Source of the DNA: Macrostomum lignano
Taxonomy: Eukaryota
Direction: 5' to 3'
NCBI GenBank assembly: GCA_002269645.1
Contig: NIVC01002323.1
Span: 62,001-126,000, forward strand
DNA length: 64,000 nucleotides
Part shown: positions 35,374 to 49,900 of the stretch, one piece after another
How the letters are laid out: every line of letters starts with the position of its first letter
Position numbering within the stretch: position 1 is the stretch's first letter
Notes under the pieces: model-generated
What the model saw: the letters and a program-made list of their open reading frames with translations, nothing else
The model's database searches: none
Told to the model about the DNA's origin: nothing
Translations under genes and position numbers: made by a program

Positions 35374-36179
35374 AAAACACTGTGTGTCAACTCAAAATAA
35401 AAAGTGGTCACCTATTTCGCTCGATTCCACACATAGAATGCCGGTTTCGCCTCAACATCCTTCACTAGGCTGCTTAAAAGCTATACGCCTGTTATGTCTC
35501 AAATCGATGCAGGGAATATGCAGTACATGCATATCTGTTATTGAAAGTGAAATACGCTAAAAACTTTTCTGACGTTGGAAAGAGGAATGAACGCAAAATA
35601 TGTGTAATAACGGATGCCCTAAAAAGGAAAAGAAACCAATCAACAAAAACAGATGGAACAGTGGATGGGATCATGATGAATCCAGGGATAAATTTTCATT
35701 TCCATTCCCCGATTGCTGCTTGCATGCTTTTTTCTGAATCCAATTCAGAAGTCTGCATCAGTTTGTCCGATGGTGTTTAAGGATACACAATTCAGAACAC
35801 CTGAATACGGTTGTGTATTGTAGCGCATTTTTAATTGCATGACATGGTTGTTAGAGTTCAGAGTAGAGAGTGAAGACGAAGTCGTTGTTTGGTGGCAGCT
35901 ACATTATGTACGTTACCAACGTCTATCGACGTCGATGAAAGTATGTGCTTTTACATATTGCATCCGCGGATAACGATGTCATACGTCAGTGCAATGTAAA
36001 AGCAGCTATTTGTCAAAGATGTCGACAGTATGCCCACATTCTGCATCGATTTGTGAGACATTAGCAACTTTAATCAACCTACTAGTGGAGCAATAATTAG
36101 CTAAGGCAAAGCCGGTCCATCAATGCGTGGAATCCAGTGAAAAAAGGTGACCACTTTTTGCTGACACATTTTTGTGTTT
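35374..36179. mobile_element. Non-autonomous DNA element with degenerate long inverted termini
   Basis: aaaaagtggtcacct..gattccac..ccggt at ~35397-35445 mirrors ~36115-36160; tcaaatcgatgcag is also mirrored. No TSD identified. Confidence 0.55.
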
Positions 36180-37334
36180 TTATGTAGTATCTTTCAGATA
36201 GGCCGTTAGGCCGTTTGATTCAGCTACTGACAAAAAGTAAGTTTGGATCGATAAACTTACTTTTTGCAAAGTTGATGGCAACTTTTCACACTCACGTCGC
36301 AGCAGCGCCAATGCATGCAGGACTCAATCATACAGTATCCATGCTGGATGCACAGCAGCTAATTAGGGGGCTGCTGTGTCCTATGTACATGTGGATAGGG
36401 ATTAAGACCAGCGAGTGTTATATATGAGTATACATGTACGAATACATATGTATGTACCTACATGTAGTAGCTCATGAATTGGCAAGAAATTACATGCAAC
36501 AATAAACAATAATTAACACCACTGCACGTCACCCTGAAAACTGCCAATTATACACTTCCGGATGATGATCTTCCATCAACGCAACATTAGACTGCACGTA
36601 CGTACATGTACTCTTAGATGTATTGGATGCCATAATACAATTTTCAGTTAAATTCAAAGCAACATCCAATTAAATTGGTTGATGTATGTATACGAAGCCT
36701 ACATGTAGAAGAATATCCATGCAAAGAATGTGATCATTGCATCAAGTCTGGAAGCTTTGTTTGGTTAGCAAGATACACAAATCATCGGCAAATATTAGCG
36801 TCAATTCCTCTCCGAAAGTATCAAAACTTCTATGCAAGCAGATCGAAGATCTCGCGCTTTTCCTTTATTATTTGCCCAACAGGGATTTTTCACTTCCGTG
36901 ATCCCTGAGACACCAAAGTCTAAGTTTCATGTCTTGCATTGTCTTCGCTACCCGTACCACATCTTGGTGCTGGCGTCCTTGGTGCTGTACTGCATATATC
37001 AGCTCTGTCCCGCGCTATTCCAGTTTAAATCAAGTGTATTTTAAAGTTGCTTTTAATTTAATGCTCCCGCAACAAAGTCCAAGATCTTCCATCCATATTT
37101 GTAATCAATTCTTAACAACCACGCTCGTAGTATTCTGTAAAAAATCATTGTTTAAACGAATTGCACAGTTCGAAAACTCGAACAGAGCCTTAGATCGGAT
37201 CAGCCTTATCAATGGTCACTAAAAGTTACCTTAATGAGTCAGTATTCGAAGCCAAGAAGTAGACTTATCATTTCGGCGTAAAGGTCTAGTTTTAACCTTC
37301 AATAACGTTCCCAGTAGCGCATGGCTTTTAGACT

Positions 37335-38473
37335 TTAGCGGACAAGAATCTCGAACTCCTGCATCGAGTAGCCAGCACCGAATGGAAATTTCCAAACGAT
37401 TCCATTGTTAATGGCGGTTTCCAGCGCCTCAGGTGGGTTGTAGTACAAACCATTAGGACTGCACATGTAGCAGCTTGAAAACCACCAGCCTCCTTTGTAG
37501 TAGGTGCTGCAGTGACCTGAACTACCATCGTTGTCAGAATCTAAGGTGCTGAACATGGCTCCATTGTGCGAAGCGAGGCTGTCGTACATCGCGGGATGGC
37601 TGCCATGGAAACCGGAGACATTCAAACGGAACTTGTCGGCCTCGCTGGCCACGGAGAAGCTGGAGTAGTCGGCCCAGAACTCCGTGCCATTCCACAGCCT
37701 CATTCGCATGCGAAGTGCTCGACCAGACGGCCAGGTCAGAGAGTGCACAGCTCGCAGACCTGCAGTTGTCAAGCACAGCTCAATGCTGAGCAGCTCACAG
37801 CCACAGGAGGCCAGCGCTATCAAAAAGTGCATCAATACCGTTATGACCGCACTGCACTGCACTCACCGAGCCAGTGGTTCGTGTGAGCTCCCTCTCCGAA
37901 GCCGGCTGCGTACTCGGTCCAGTTGCGATAGAAGTCTGTCGAGTTGTCCACCCGACGCTGGATGCTGATCCAGCAGTCGCTGAGTGACGTCACAAACACC
38001 TGCAGTGAGGCATTGAGAGCTGCGGTCAGGCAAGTGCTGTCAGTTACCTGGCTGTCAGGTGAGTCAGTGCACGCTTGCTACTCACCCTGATGCAGCACGG
38101 AGACTGGTGAGTGTGAGGCGTCAGTCTGCGACACACAGCGCCACTTCGGTTTGCTGGAATGCGAATGAGCTCAGCTGGGTGAGCAGCTTCATCAGGTTTA
38201 AGGCATCGAGCATGCAGCCAGGACTCACTCACCCACGATGCACTGGGGCTGCTGAGCACCGTCTCGAGGGATGAAGACCAGCAGCTGGTGAGCGAGCAGG
38301 TGCTTGGCAGCCTGTGCAGCGCACTGCAGCACATCGCTGGCTTGGCTCATGGAGGAGACGAAGAAGTGGTGGACTCGACCGCCCGACCAGCTGCTGCTGT
38401 GCACCTCATTGAGGATGACAGCAGCAGAAGTTGTTGTCAAGGCAATTGCTAGAAATGCCAGCAGTTGATTCAT
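37335..38473 (-). CDS. Secreted FReD protein, copy 3, 4 exons
   Basis: Exons 38473-38233, 38174-38086, 38047-37867, 37759-37335. Intact frame. C-terminus SHNGAMFSTLDSDND..CSTYYKGGWWFSSCY..PNG..GIVWKFPFG. Confidence 0.92.
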
Positions 38474-39944
38474 TATTGGGAAGTTGAAACTGTGTAGCTG
38501 AATGGCGCGATTTTGTGCTGCAGCTGCAGTCTACGCTCGAAGTCCTTGGAGTTCTGCAGCTCTTCGGAGCTTGCTGGATGGAGTCCCGTTTTTATCAGAA
38601 TTTGCTGCCATTCAATGCGCGTTCAGCTAACATCATTGTGATTGGTCTGCAGCTCTTGGCCCTCTTCTTGTCATCAGTGTTGCACACTGTCTATACTCTA
38701 TAGAATCTCTCTGGCACTGTTCTTCCCGGAGCGTCAGTCAATGTGTCTACAAGTAGCTTTCTTTGTTTAAGTTAGAACCCCTAAATTTTCTACTCTAGCA
38801 AATTTGAAGTATACTTGCATAGCCGCTTGAGATGAGAACTGAGCTTTAGAGCTGTGCGGAGAGTTTGCTCAAAATTGTTGTTGGAAAATTGTTTTGTGTT
38901 AGGGGCAAGGGCGTTCACTGCTGCTCAAATCTGTCGTTCAATTCGTCTTTGTTTACCCCATCTTACAATATCGATCTAACAAAAATGCAAGGTTTTCTAA
39001 ATATTTTTTCTAACGCGGATGCACTCTTAATTTCTTTCCCGTCGTTAGGCATGTACACATGCCTACATTCTGAGCATCTAAGTAGTGCCGCAGTTTAGGA
39101 TAGACATGGATAAAGCTGATTGATCCATGTAGAGATGCACTCATGTTTCACTTTAGTTTCATTATAGAGCAGAGTAGAGTGATGTGTCCTTCAAGAGCAA
39201 AAGCTCGGGTCGTATATTAGTATTAAATAAATTATGCATTCATTCTGGCGTCGAAGGCACTATTTAATTTTTTGCGTCCTGAAGCAAATTTATTGATTTC
39301 CATCCTTAGACTTATTGAGTTCAGAAGCTTACGCCCAATTATTCACGTAGAACGTATCGGATATACCTTCTGCTAGCATATCAATGGTTTAATATTGGAC
39401 AGAGTCATGCAAATATATTTAAATCTAACATATACCCAGTCGACTAACACTTGAACCTAAAATATGAATCCTATATCCACGGAAGCCCGAGGGTTCTAAG
39501 ACATTTTCCAACTTCTGGGATGTATGTTTGCCGAAACACATTTGTCTAATGTAGTAACCAATAAGCAGCCAAGTGACAGACTGTCAATTTTGTGCTCACT
39601 CAAGGCTTTAAATTTAAAAGAGCTAATAACACGCAGTGGCCAGTTCCATTTGGAACCAGTTTCATGCTACTTGGTTACACACGAATTCACACGAATTTCA
39701 TGGATTTGATGAAGTTGGAACAATTCAATTTTAAGGGTAGCTTCAGGAATTTGTTGCTTTAAATATCCACAGGCAACGTTGGAAATAGAATAGCAAATGC
39801 GCAACAATAAAATTCAAGAAAAATGGAGCCACTTGAGAGCCACAAAAGAGAATACGGAAACTCAGCAAGAAAACATAGCAAAAAAGCAGAAGTAAAGTTC
39901 AGATCTGATCATTTCTCTACCCACATTTCTCAAAGGACTTCGCA

Positions 39945-41077
39945 ATGCATAAAGCACTGCTCCATCTGATTCTTCTGCACGCGATCAGTGTTTCAGGGCA
40001 GATTTCACTGCATGAGGTGCACAGCAGCAGCTGGTCGGGCGGTCGAGTCCGCCACTTCTTCGTCTCCTCCATCAGCCAAGCCAGCGATGTGCTGCAGTGC
40101 GCTGCACTGGCTGCCAAGCACCTGCTCGCTCACCAGCTGCTGGTCTTCATCCCTCGAGACGGTGCTCAGCAGCCCCAGTGCATCGTGGGTGAGTGAGTCC
40201 TGGCTGCATGCTCGATGCCTTAAACCCGATGAAGCTGCTCACCCAGCTGAGCTCATTCGCATTCCAGCAAACCGAAGTGGCGCTGTGTGTCGCAGACTGA
40301 CGCCTCACACTCACCAGTCTCCGTGCTGCATCAGGGTGAGTAGCAAGCGTGCACTGACTCACCTGACAGCCAGGTAACTGACAGCACTTGCCTGACCGCA
40401 GCTCTCAATGCCTCACTGCAGGTGTTTGTGACGTCACTCAGCGACTGCTGGATCAGCATCCAGCGTCGGGTGGACAACTCGACAGACTTCTATCGCAACT
40501 GGACCGAGTACGCAGCCGGCTTCGGAGAGGGAGCCCACACGAACCACTGGCTCGGTGAGTGCAGTGCAGTGCGGTCATGACGGTATTGATGCACTTTTTG
40601 ATAGCGCTGGCCTCCTGTGGCTGTGAGCTGCTCAGCATTGAGCTGTGCTTGACAACTGCAGGTCTGCGAGCTGTGCACTCTCTGACCTGGCCGTCTGGTC
40701 GAGCACTTCGCATGCGAATGAGGCTGTGGAATGGCACGGAGTTCTGGGCCGACTACTCCAGCTTCTCCGTGGCCAGCGAGGCCGACAAGTTCCGTTTGAA
40801 TGTCTCCGGTTTCCATGGCAGCCACCCGAGTCTGAGAGACTGCATGGCCTTGTGCAACGAATACGATTCAGACAACGACCTTAGGTCTCAACAGAGTTGC
40901 AGTATGCTCTACAAAGGAGGTTGGTGGTACGCAAATTGTCACTAAACCAACCCAAACGGCCTGTACTTCACACCGCCCTCGGCTCTGAGCACAGCGTCTT
41001 TTGCTTCTGGTATTAACTGGTATTTGCCATTCGGCTATTACTACACCATGAGGGAGTTTGAACTACTCGTTTCCTAG
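39945..41077 (+). pseudogene. FReD copy 4, probably pseudogenised
   Basis: Exons 39945-40188, 40247-40335, 40374-40554, 40662-41077. Different signal peptide (MHKALLHLILLHAISVSG). Short in-frame loss of the NGxxFST motif (MALCNEYDSDND). TAA at 40943-40945, followed by in-frame [23 protein letters not shown]-stop. Confidence 0.88.
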
Positions 41078-41479
41078 AATATACAAGTTATTTTTAAGTG
41101 TAAGTCAGAAGCGATAAACGTGGAGCTACAAATGGACATTGTGCGAGTTTCCAGCAGGAAAATTTATCGTTCTACGAGCGTATTTGTCGAAACATTTACA
41201 ATTTGCAAAGTTGGATTTTGCTGGATCTGTTTTTTTCTGAATGGATGCGATCTATTAGTAATGATGAAAAATACATTAACGAGTCACTGCCGTCACTGCT
41301 AGTCTATCAGATATGTTGACTTAGTGTTACCAAGTCTTACTTTTTTATTGCATTTCCGAGACCTAATGGAGAATTACTTCAGCTTATTTGGCTTGGAAAG
41401 TGATGATTGATGTGAGAGTTTTTATGCATTGGTAGAAGCGCAAGCTGTCGTAGATAGGAGATGGTAGATCCTTGACATT

Positions 41480-43282
41480 GCTGTCGTTTAACTGTTCTTT
41501 GGCCTATCTGGCTCTTCTATAACTTACCTGGCTCTTTTGTAACCTACCTGACTACCTGTCTCTTCTATTGCCCAACTGGCTCTTCCATGGCCTACCTGGC
41601 TCTTTTATGGCCTACCTGTCTCTTCTATGGGCTACCTGTCTCTTCTATGGGCTACCTGTCTCTTCTATGGCCTACCTGTCTCTTCTATGGGCTACCTGTC
41701 TCTTCTATTGCCCAACTGTCTCTTCTATGGCCTACCTGTCTCTTCTATGGGCTACCTGTCTCTTCTATTGCCCAACTGGCTCTTCTATGGCCTACCTGGC
41801 TCTTCTATGGCCTACCTGTCTCTTCTATGGCCTACCTGGCTCTTCTATTGCCAACTGTCTCTTCTATGGGCTACCTGTATCTTCTATGGCCTACCTGGCT
41901 CTTCTATGGCCTACCTGTCTCTTCTATGGCCTACCTGGCTCTTCTATTGCCAACTGTATCTTCTATGGCCTACCTGGCTCTTCTATTGCCTACCTGTCTC
42001 TTCTATGGCCTACCTTGTCTCTTCTATGGCCTACCTGTGTCTTCTATGGCCTACCTGGCTCTTCTATGGCCTACCTGTCTCTTCTATGGCCTACCTGTCT
42101 CTTCTATGGCCTACCTGTCTCTTCTATGGCCTACCTGTCTCTTCTATGGGCTACCTGTCTCTTCTATTGCCCAACTGTCTCTTCTATGGCCTACCTGTCT
42201 CTTCTATGGGCTACCTGTCTCTTCTATTGCCCAACTGGCTCTTCTATGGCCTACCTGGCTCTTCTATGGCCTACCTGTCTCTTCTATGGGCTACCTGTCT
42301 CTTCTATTGCCCAACTGGCTCTTCCATGGCCTACCTGGCTCTTCTATGGCCTACCTGTCTCTTCTATGGCCTACCAGTCTCTTCTATGGCCTACCTGTCT
42401 CTTCTATGGCCTACCTGGCTCTTCTATTGCCAACTGTCTCTTCTATGGGCTACCTGTCTCTTCTATGGCCTACCTGTCTCTTCTATGGGCTACCTGTCTC
42501 TTCTATGGCCTACCTGGCTCTTCTATGGCCTACCTGTCTCTTCTATGGCCTACCTGTCTCTTCTATGGCCTACCTGTCTCTTCTATGGCCTACCTGTCTC
42601 TTTTATGGCCTACCAGTCTCTTCTATGGCCTACCTGTCTCTTCTATGGCCTACCTGTCTCTTCTATTGCCAACTGTCTCTTCTATGGCCTACCTGTCTCT
42701 TCTATGGCCTACCTGTGTCTTCTATGGCCTACCTGGCTCTTCTATGGCCTACCTGTCTCTTCTATGGCCTACCTGTCTCTTCTATGGCCTACCTGTCTCA
42801 TCTATGGCCTACCTGTCTCTTCTATGGCCTACCTGTCTCTTCTATGGCCTACCTGTCTCTTCTATGGCCTACCTGTCTCTTCTATGGCCTACCTGTCTCT
42901 TCTATGGCCTACCTGTCTCTTCTATGGCCTACCTGTCTCTTCTATGGCCTACCTGTCTCTTCTATGGCCTACCTGGCTCTTCTATGGCCTACCTGTCTCT
43001 TCTATGGCCTACCTGTCTCTTCTATGGCCTACCTGTCTCTTCTATGGCCTACCTGTCTCTTCTATGGCCTACCTGGCTCTTCTATGGCCTACCTGTCTCT
43101 TCTATGGCCTACCTGGCTCTTCTATGGCCTACCTGTCTCTTCTATGGCCTACCTGTCTCTTCTATGGCCTACCTGTCTCTTCTATGGCCTACCTGTCTCT
43201 TCTATGGCCTACCTGGCTCTTCTATGGCCTACCTGTCTCTTCTATGGCCTACCTGTCTCTTCTATGGCCTACCTGGCTCTTT
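41480..43282. repeat. 20-bp minisatellite, ~1.8 kb
   Basis: Unit tcttctatggcctacctg(t/g)c. Confidence 0.97.
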
Positions 43283-43771
43283 TTTGGCGTATGACCATAT
43301 TTTACTTACTTTACTACTTCAAACAAGTAGACTATTTCGTTTCAGAATTTATTTGGAAAAATCTCAGCCCAGAAAAATTAAGCCACTGATCAAGTCTAGA
43401 TTGCTCATCGCATCATACACTACTTCTACGTAGGCAGACAAAAAAGTTATAATAATTTCGATTGAAAGGAGCTTGATGCAGTTGCAGTACAAGGCACTAG
43501 GCATAATTTGAGTTATAAAATTGAGTCGGCATTTATCATACAATTTTGAATTTGATGCAATGGCCAAAATTAATACAAGGCATTAGCATTCTCATGATAA
43601 AGCTGGCAAACCGTTGAGTACAGTTGCAATGGCGGCGGGCGAAGCAAAACAGATTAGCAGAGTTTGGCTCTTTCTCAAATAAAATTTTTCTTATGACCGA
43701 CCAGGGGGATTGCGACTGTGACTGCTGCTGCGAGGACTGCGACTGCAGCAGGTGCTGGCTGGTCCGGTGAG

Positions 43772-44760
<989 letters not shown>

Positions 44761-45432
44761 GTACACTCAAGACTGTGAGTGCACTCGAAAATTTTGCTTC
44801 CAGGTGCCTGCGTTACATCTTCTGTTGCGGTTGCGGTCGCTAAGCGATGAAGAGGCGAAATAATGAGCAACTAGAGTTTCATGACTAAACAGTTTAGAAA
44901 AATATTGATTTAAATGATTGCTTAGAACTTCGTTTTTAATTTTAACAATTTACCGCGGATTATTTGTTTATTCAATACTAGTACAGACAGTTAACTTTTC
45001 TATCTAAATTTTTATCCAGGAACAGTATATCAATTTTTTATTTCTGCAAATTAAAACTTTACGTATTGGGTTAGTAAGTAAAAAGTACAGTAAAGCTACA
45101 CTTAGAAATTGAATAGCTTGTTGGTTGTCAAATTTTAGCAGGCACTACCTCATGCCAGCACTGGTAAGCGCTATTTTTAGACAGAAACAAAAATGCAGCC
45201 GCTGTCTGCAAGTACAGTTGGCTGCACAATCCTGTTGGAGTTTACACTGCCCACGGGTGCACAATATGCACTTGGGGTGCAGCGGGCTAGAGCAGATAGT
45301 ATTAGGCTTTGGGAATTCCGGGTGCAAACTCTTGTAGAAATTTTTGCAAACGTTATTCCAGCATCTTCTTTTTAAAATCTATCATATGATTGTTTAACAT
45401 TGAAGTCATTATCTGCCAATAAAGTAAATTAT

Positions 45433-46845
45433 CTACCATATAAATCAGTTACCTACCATAGAAGTCAGTTACCTACCCCATAGAAGTCAGTTGTCTACCA
45501 TAGAAGTCAGTTACCTACCCCATAGAAGTCAGTTGTCTACCATAGAAGTCAGTTGTCTACCATAGAAGTCAGTTACCTACCCCATAGAAGTCAGTTGTCT
45601 ACCATAGAAGACTGTTGTCTACCATCAAAGCCAGTTATCTACCATAGAAGTCAGTTAGCTACCCATAGAAGTCAGTTAGCTACCATAGAAGTCAGTTACC
45701 TACCATAGAAGTCAGTTATCTACCATAGAAGTCAGTTACCTACCATAGAAGTCAGTTATCTACCATAGAAGTCAGTTATCTACCATAGAAGTCAGTTATC
45801 TACCATAGAAGTCAGTTATCTACCATAGAAGTCAGTTATCTACCATAGAAGTCAGTTATCTACCATAGAAGTCAGTTATCTACCATAGAAGTCAGTTACC
45901 TACCCCATAGAAGTCAGTTGTCTACCATAGAAGTCAGTTGTCTACCATAGAAGTCAGTTACCTACCCCATAGAAGTCAGTTGTCTACCATAGAAGTCAGT
46001 TGTCTACCATAGAAGTCAGTTACCTACCCCATAGAAGTCAGTTGTCTACCATAGAAGACTGTTGTCTACCATAGAAGTCAGTTGTCTACCATAGAAGTCA
46101 GTTACCTACCCCATAGAAGTCAGTTGTCTACCATAGAAGACTGTTGTCTACCTTCAAAGCCAGTTATCTACCATAGAAGTCAGTTAGCTACCCATAAAAG
46201 TCAGTTATCTACCATAGAAGTCAGTTATCTACCATAGAAGTCAGTTATCTACCATAGAAGTCAGTTATCTACCCCATAGAAGTCAGTTGTCTACCATAGA
46301 AGTCAGTTGTCTACCATAGAAGTCAGTTACCTACCCCATAGAAGTCAGTTGTCTACCATAGAAGTCAGTTGTCTACCATAGAAGTCAGTTACCTACCCCA
46401 TAGAAGTCAGTTGTCTACCATAGAAGACTGTTGTCTACCATAGAAGTCAGTTGTCTACCATAGAAGTCAGTTACCTACCCCATAGAAGTCAGTTATCTAC
46501 CATAGAAGACTGTTGTCTACCATAGAAGTCAGTTATCTACCATAGAAGTCAGTTATCTACCCCATAGAAGTCAGTTACCTACCATAGAAGTCAGTTACCT
46601 ACCATAGAAGTCAGTTACCTACCATAGAAGTCAGTTATCTACCATAGAAGTCAGTTGTCTACCATAGAAGTCAGTTGTCTACCATAGAAGTCAGTTATCT
46701 ACCACAGAAGTCATTTATCTACCATAGAAGTCAGTTATCTACCATAGAAGTAAGTTACCTACCATAGAAGTCAATTATCTACCGTAAGAAGTCAGTTGTC
46801 TACCATAGAAATCAGTTGCCTACCATAGAAATCAGTTATCTACCG
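45433..46845. repeat. 20/22-bp minisatellite, ~1.4 kb
   Basis: Unit taccatagaagtcagtt(a/g)(t/c)c. Confidence 0.97.
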
Positions 46846-46997
46846 AAAAAAATCGCGAACACACATTTTATTGTGTTCAAATATATCCAGATTATTGCAA
46901 CTACAGTTTATTTGGTTATTTTACTTTACTCTTCTTTCGGGAGTCAGATATACATGAATAATATAGTGTTGAAGACTTCAGGTAAAATAACTCTTCT

Positions 46998-49900
46998 TCA
47001 AACTTGCCGAGTTGCAGACTGTTTTCTGCAGCACTTGCACTTGAAGATGTAGCAGAACCATCTGAAAAATCAATATTTAATTTATTAATTATTGGAGTAA
47101 TAAAATAGCTTAGTGTAGGCTACAGAAATTAAAAAACAGTTCCAAATTAGACTCCTGCTTACCTGCAGAGGCACCACCTGCAGCACTCGTACTGTTCGCA
47201 GCAGCCGTCGTTTGCTTGCTGATTGGGCATGCTTTGATTCCGGGTGATTTCGTACGATTCCAATTGAGAGTCTACTTGCAAGTTTGCTCAACTTGATCGG
47301 TTGAGTGTCTCAATATGCCCCGTAAGTATACATATATAGCGTTACTGTAGTAGGTACTACTGTATGACATCAGTGCCTAGTGATCCATTTTGAGAATTCC
47401 TCCATAAAGGTAGTACCTAGAGCCTGTTTGCTTGGTACCACTCCTTCTTCGTATTTTTTTCCATTTTCCGCTTTTAATCATAATCAACAAATGAGCATAG
47501 TCTCGAATAATAGCTTTATTGTTAGAGTAATCATCATAGAGTGCATGCGTATATAGCTATACTTTGGGATTCCCCAATGAGCTAAAAATAGAATTCTGAG
47601 TACGCGAGAATCATAACGGAGCTGTAGTATATAAATATTGAGAATAATGCAGCAGTAATCGGTATTACAGTTCAGAATTTCATGGCTTTCGACTCTTATT
47701 ATCTTCATCAGGTTTTTTGAAGCATTCGCAACAGAAGATTTTGCAGAGCCAGCTGCAAAATTTGAAGAAACATAGATAGGCATCAGATAATTAGATAAAC
47801 AAATTTTCTATCTGGGATGAGTAAATAGTGGATTGCTAATCTAGTTAGTAGGGCGATTAGGTAGTTGGGTAATCAATAAATAATACGGGACTTGACTTCA
47901 TAGTTTGCGATATTGTTGAAAACTTACTCGATGAACCAGTGCCTTTTATTTTCGTTGTTCGTAGCGGTTTGATCCATCATATTTGTGAAGCAGCAGGATC
48001 GTAGCTCGCGTGTATGCTGGCAGAACAAATCCGAAGATTTCAACCGAATAGTAACTAGTAAATCTGATCACTTGAACCTTTACAGTTAAATGCAGTAGAC
48101 TGCAATAGACTACTAGGTAGAACCCGGTGATAAAATTGATTTTGACGTCATTACCACACTTTCTTGTGCGTTTTCATGTGAACTGTGAATTTCTTAGCGC
48201 CTCAAAACACAAACCCACCGACATTTGTCTACCGAAATTTGTCTACCGAGTTTGTCTACCGAGATTTGCCTACCGACATTTGTTCACCGACATTTGTCTA
48301 CCGAAATTTGTCTACTGACATTTGTATACTGACATTTGTATACTGACATTTGTCTACCGAGATTCGTGCACCGACTTTTGTGTGCCGACATTTATTTACC
48401 GACATTTGTCTACCGATATTTGTCTACCGACATTTGTCTACCGATATTTATCCACCGAAATTTGTCTGCCGATATTTGTCTACCGACGTTTGTCTACCGA
48501 TATTTGTCTACCGACGTTTGTCTACCGACATTTGTCCACCGACATTTGTCCACCGACATTTGTGCACCGACTGACTTGACTTGACTTAGCTGCAGGGCTG
48601 TCCCGGAGGGGACACAGCGGGAAGGCGCGGGCGCCCATTCCGCTAGTCCCTGAACGGCCGACGCGTCGCTATGGACGGAGGGTTGGCGCCGCCCAGGGAG
48701 GTCCCCCAGTGTCGCCAGCAGCTATGGTGCTCTCTGGAAAGGAGAGTTCAGCCCTGCGGGTGGCCCGAAGGTAGCGCATGAGCTGATTAAAGTTTTCGGG
48801 TTTGCACGCTTCAGTAATAGATGTGTGTGGCCCGAGGTAAGTGAGTCTGGCCCGCGTGAAGGCGGGACAGATGCTGACGAAATGCTCAGCGGTTTCGTCA
48901 CCTGAGTTGCAGAAACTACAGGTGGCGTTGGTGGCGTTGCCCTGCAGGTACTGGTGCCTGGAGAAGCAGCCGTGACCAGAGAGGGTCATGGTGGCAGCCC
49001 GGATGTCTCTGCGCGAGAGGCGCAAGAGGAGCTTCCGGAGCTGGTGAGAGGGCTGAGGGACAGCGCCTCTGGATTGCCTGCAGTTCGTGCGGTTCGCCCA
49101 AGTCGAGCGGTGCTGAGTCCTGATCCACGCTTTGATGCGCGAGTCGATGACACAGCCAGGAATCGGGACAAGAGGTTCGGGGCCGAGAGAGGAGCCGGAG
49201 GCACCAACTTTTGCAAGGGTGTCAGCCAACTCATTTCCTCGGATCCCCACATGCCCCGGAACCCACTTAAGGGTAATTTTGTTGGCGGAACCCAACACAT
49301 TGAGGAGTTTGATACAGTCGAGGACTGTAGCAGAGTTGGTGCTGCAGCCACTGATGGCGTGCAAGGCAGCTTGGCTGTCCGAATGGAAAATGATGTTCTT
49401 ACCAGTAACGCCAGTGGCGAGAAGCTCTGCAGTGCAGGAGCTGATGGCCAGAACTTCATTTTGGAAAACACTGGAGTTGACCCCAGTGTATTGAGCGTGG
49501 GTAGCGATGACCCTCCCGTTCAGAAAGATTCCAACACCAAAGCCGGTGTTGGCTGACTGCTTAGAACCGTCGGTGTAGCAATGAAGCTCACCAGGGTTCC
49601 AATGGTCATTGATGTTATCGCGCGAGTCGATAGCTACGGAGTAGCGCTGTCTCAGGTTGAGCGTTGAGGCAATGCCATCGGTGAAGACGCGATTGGCCTG
49701 ACACTCGTTGAGAAAGTTGAGGCACAGATCGCTATGCGGGACAAGGTTCCGCTTAGCAGGTGCTCTCATGTAAATGAATTTGACGCCGGCATCAATTAGA
49801 CGCCGCGTCGTTCTAGCCGCCTCACCCCTGATGAAGAGGTCAAGAGGCGGAAGATTAAGAAAGGCCCCCATGCCAGCAAAGGGCGTGGACCTGGTGGCGT

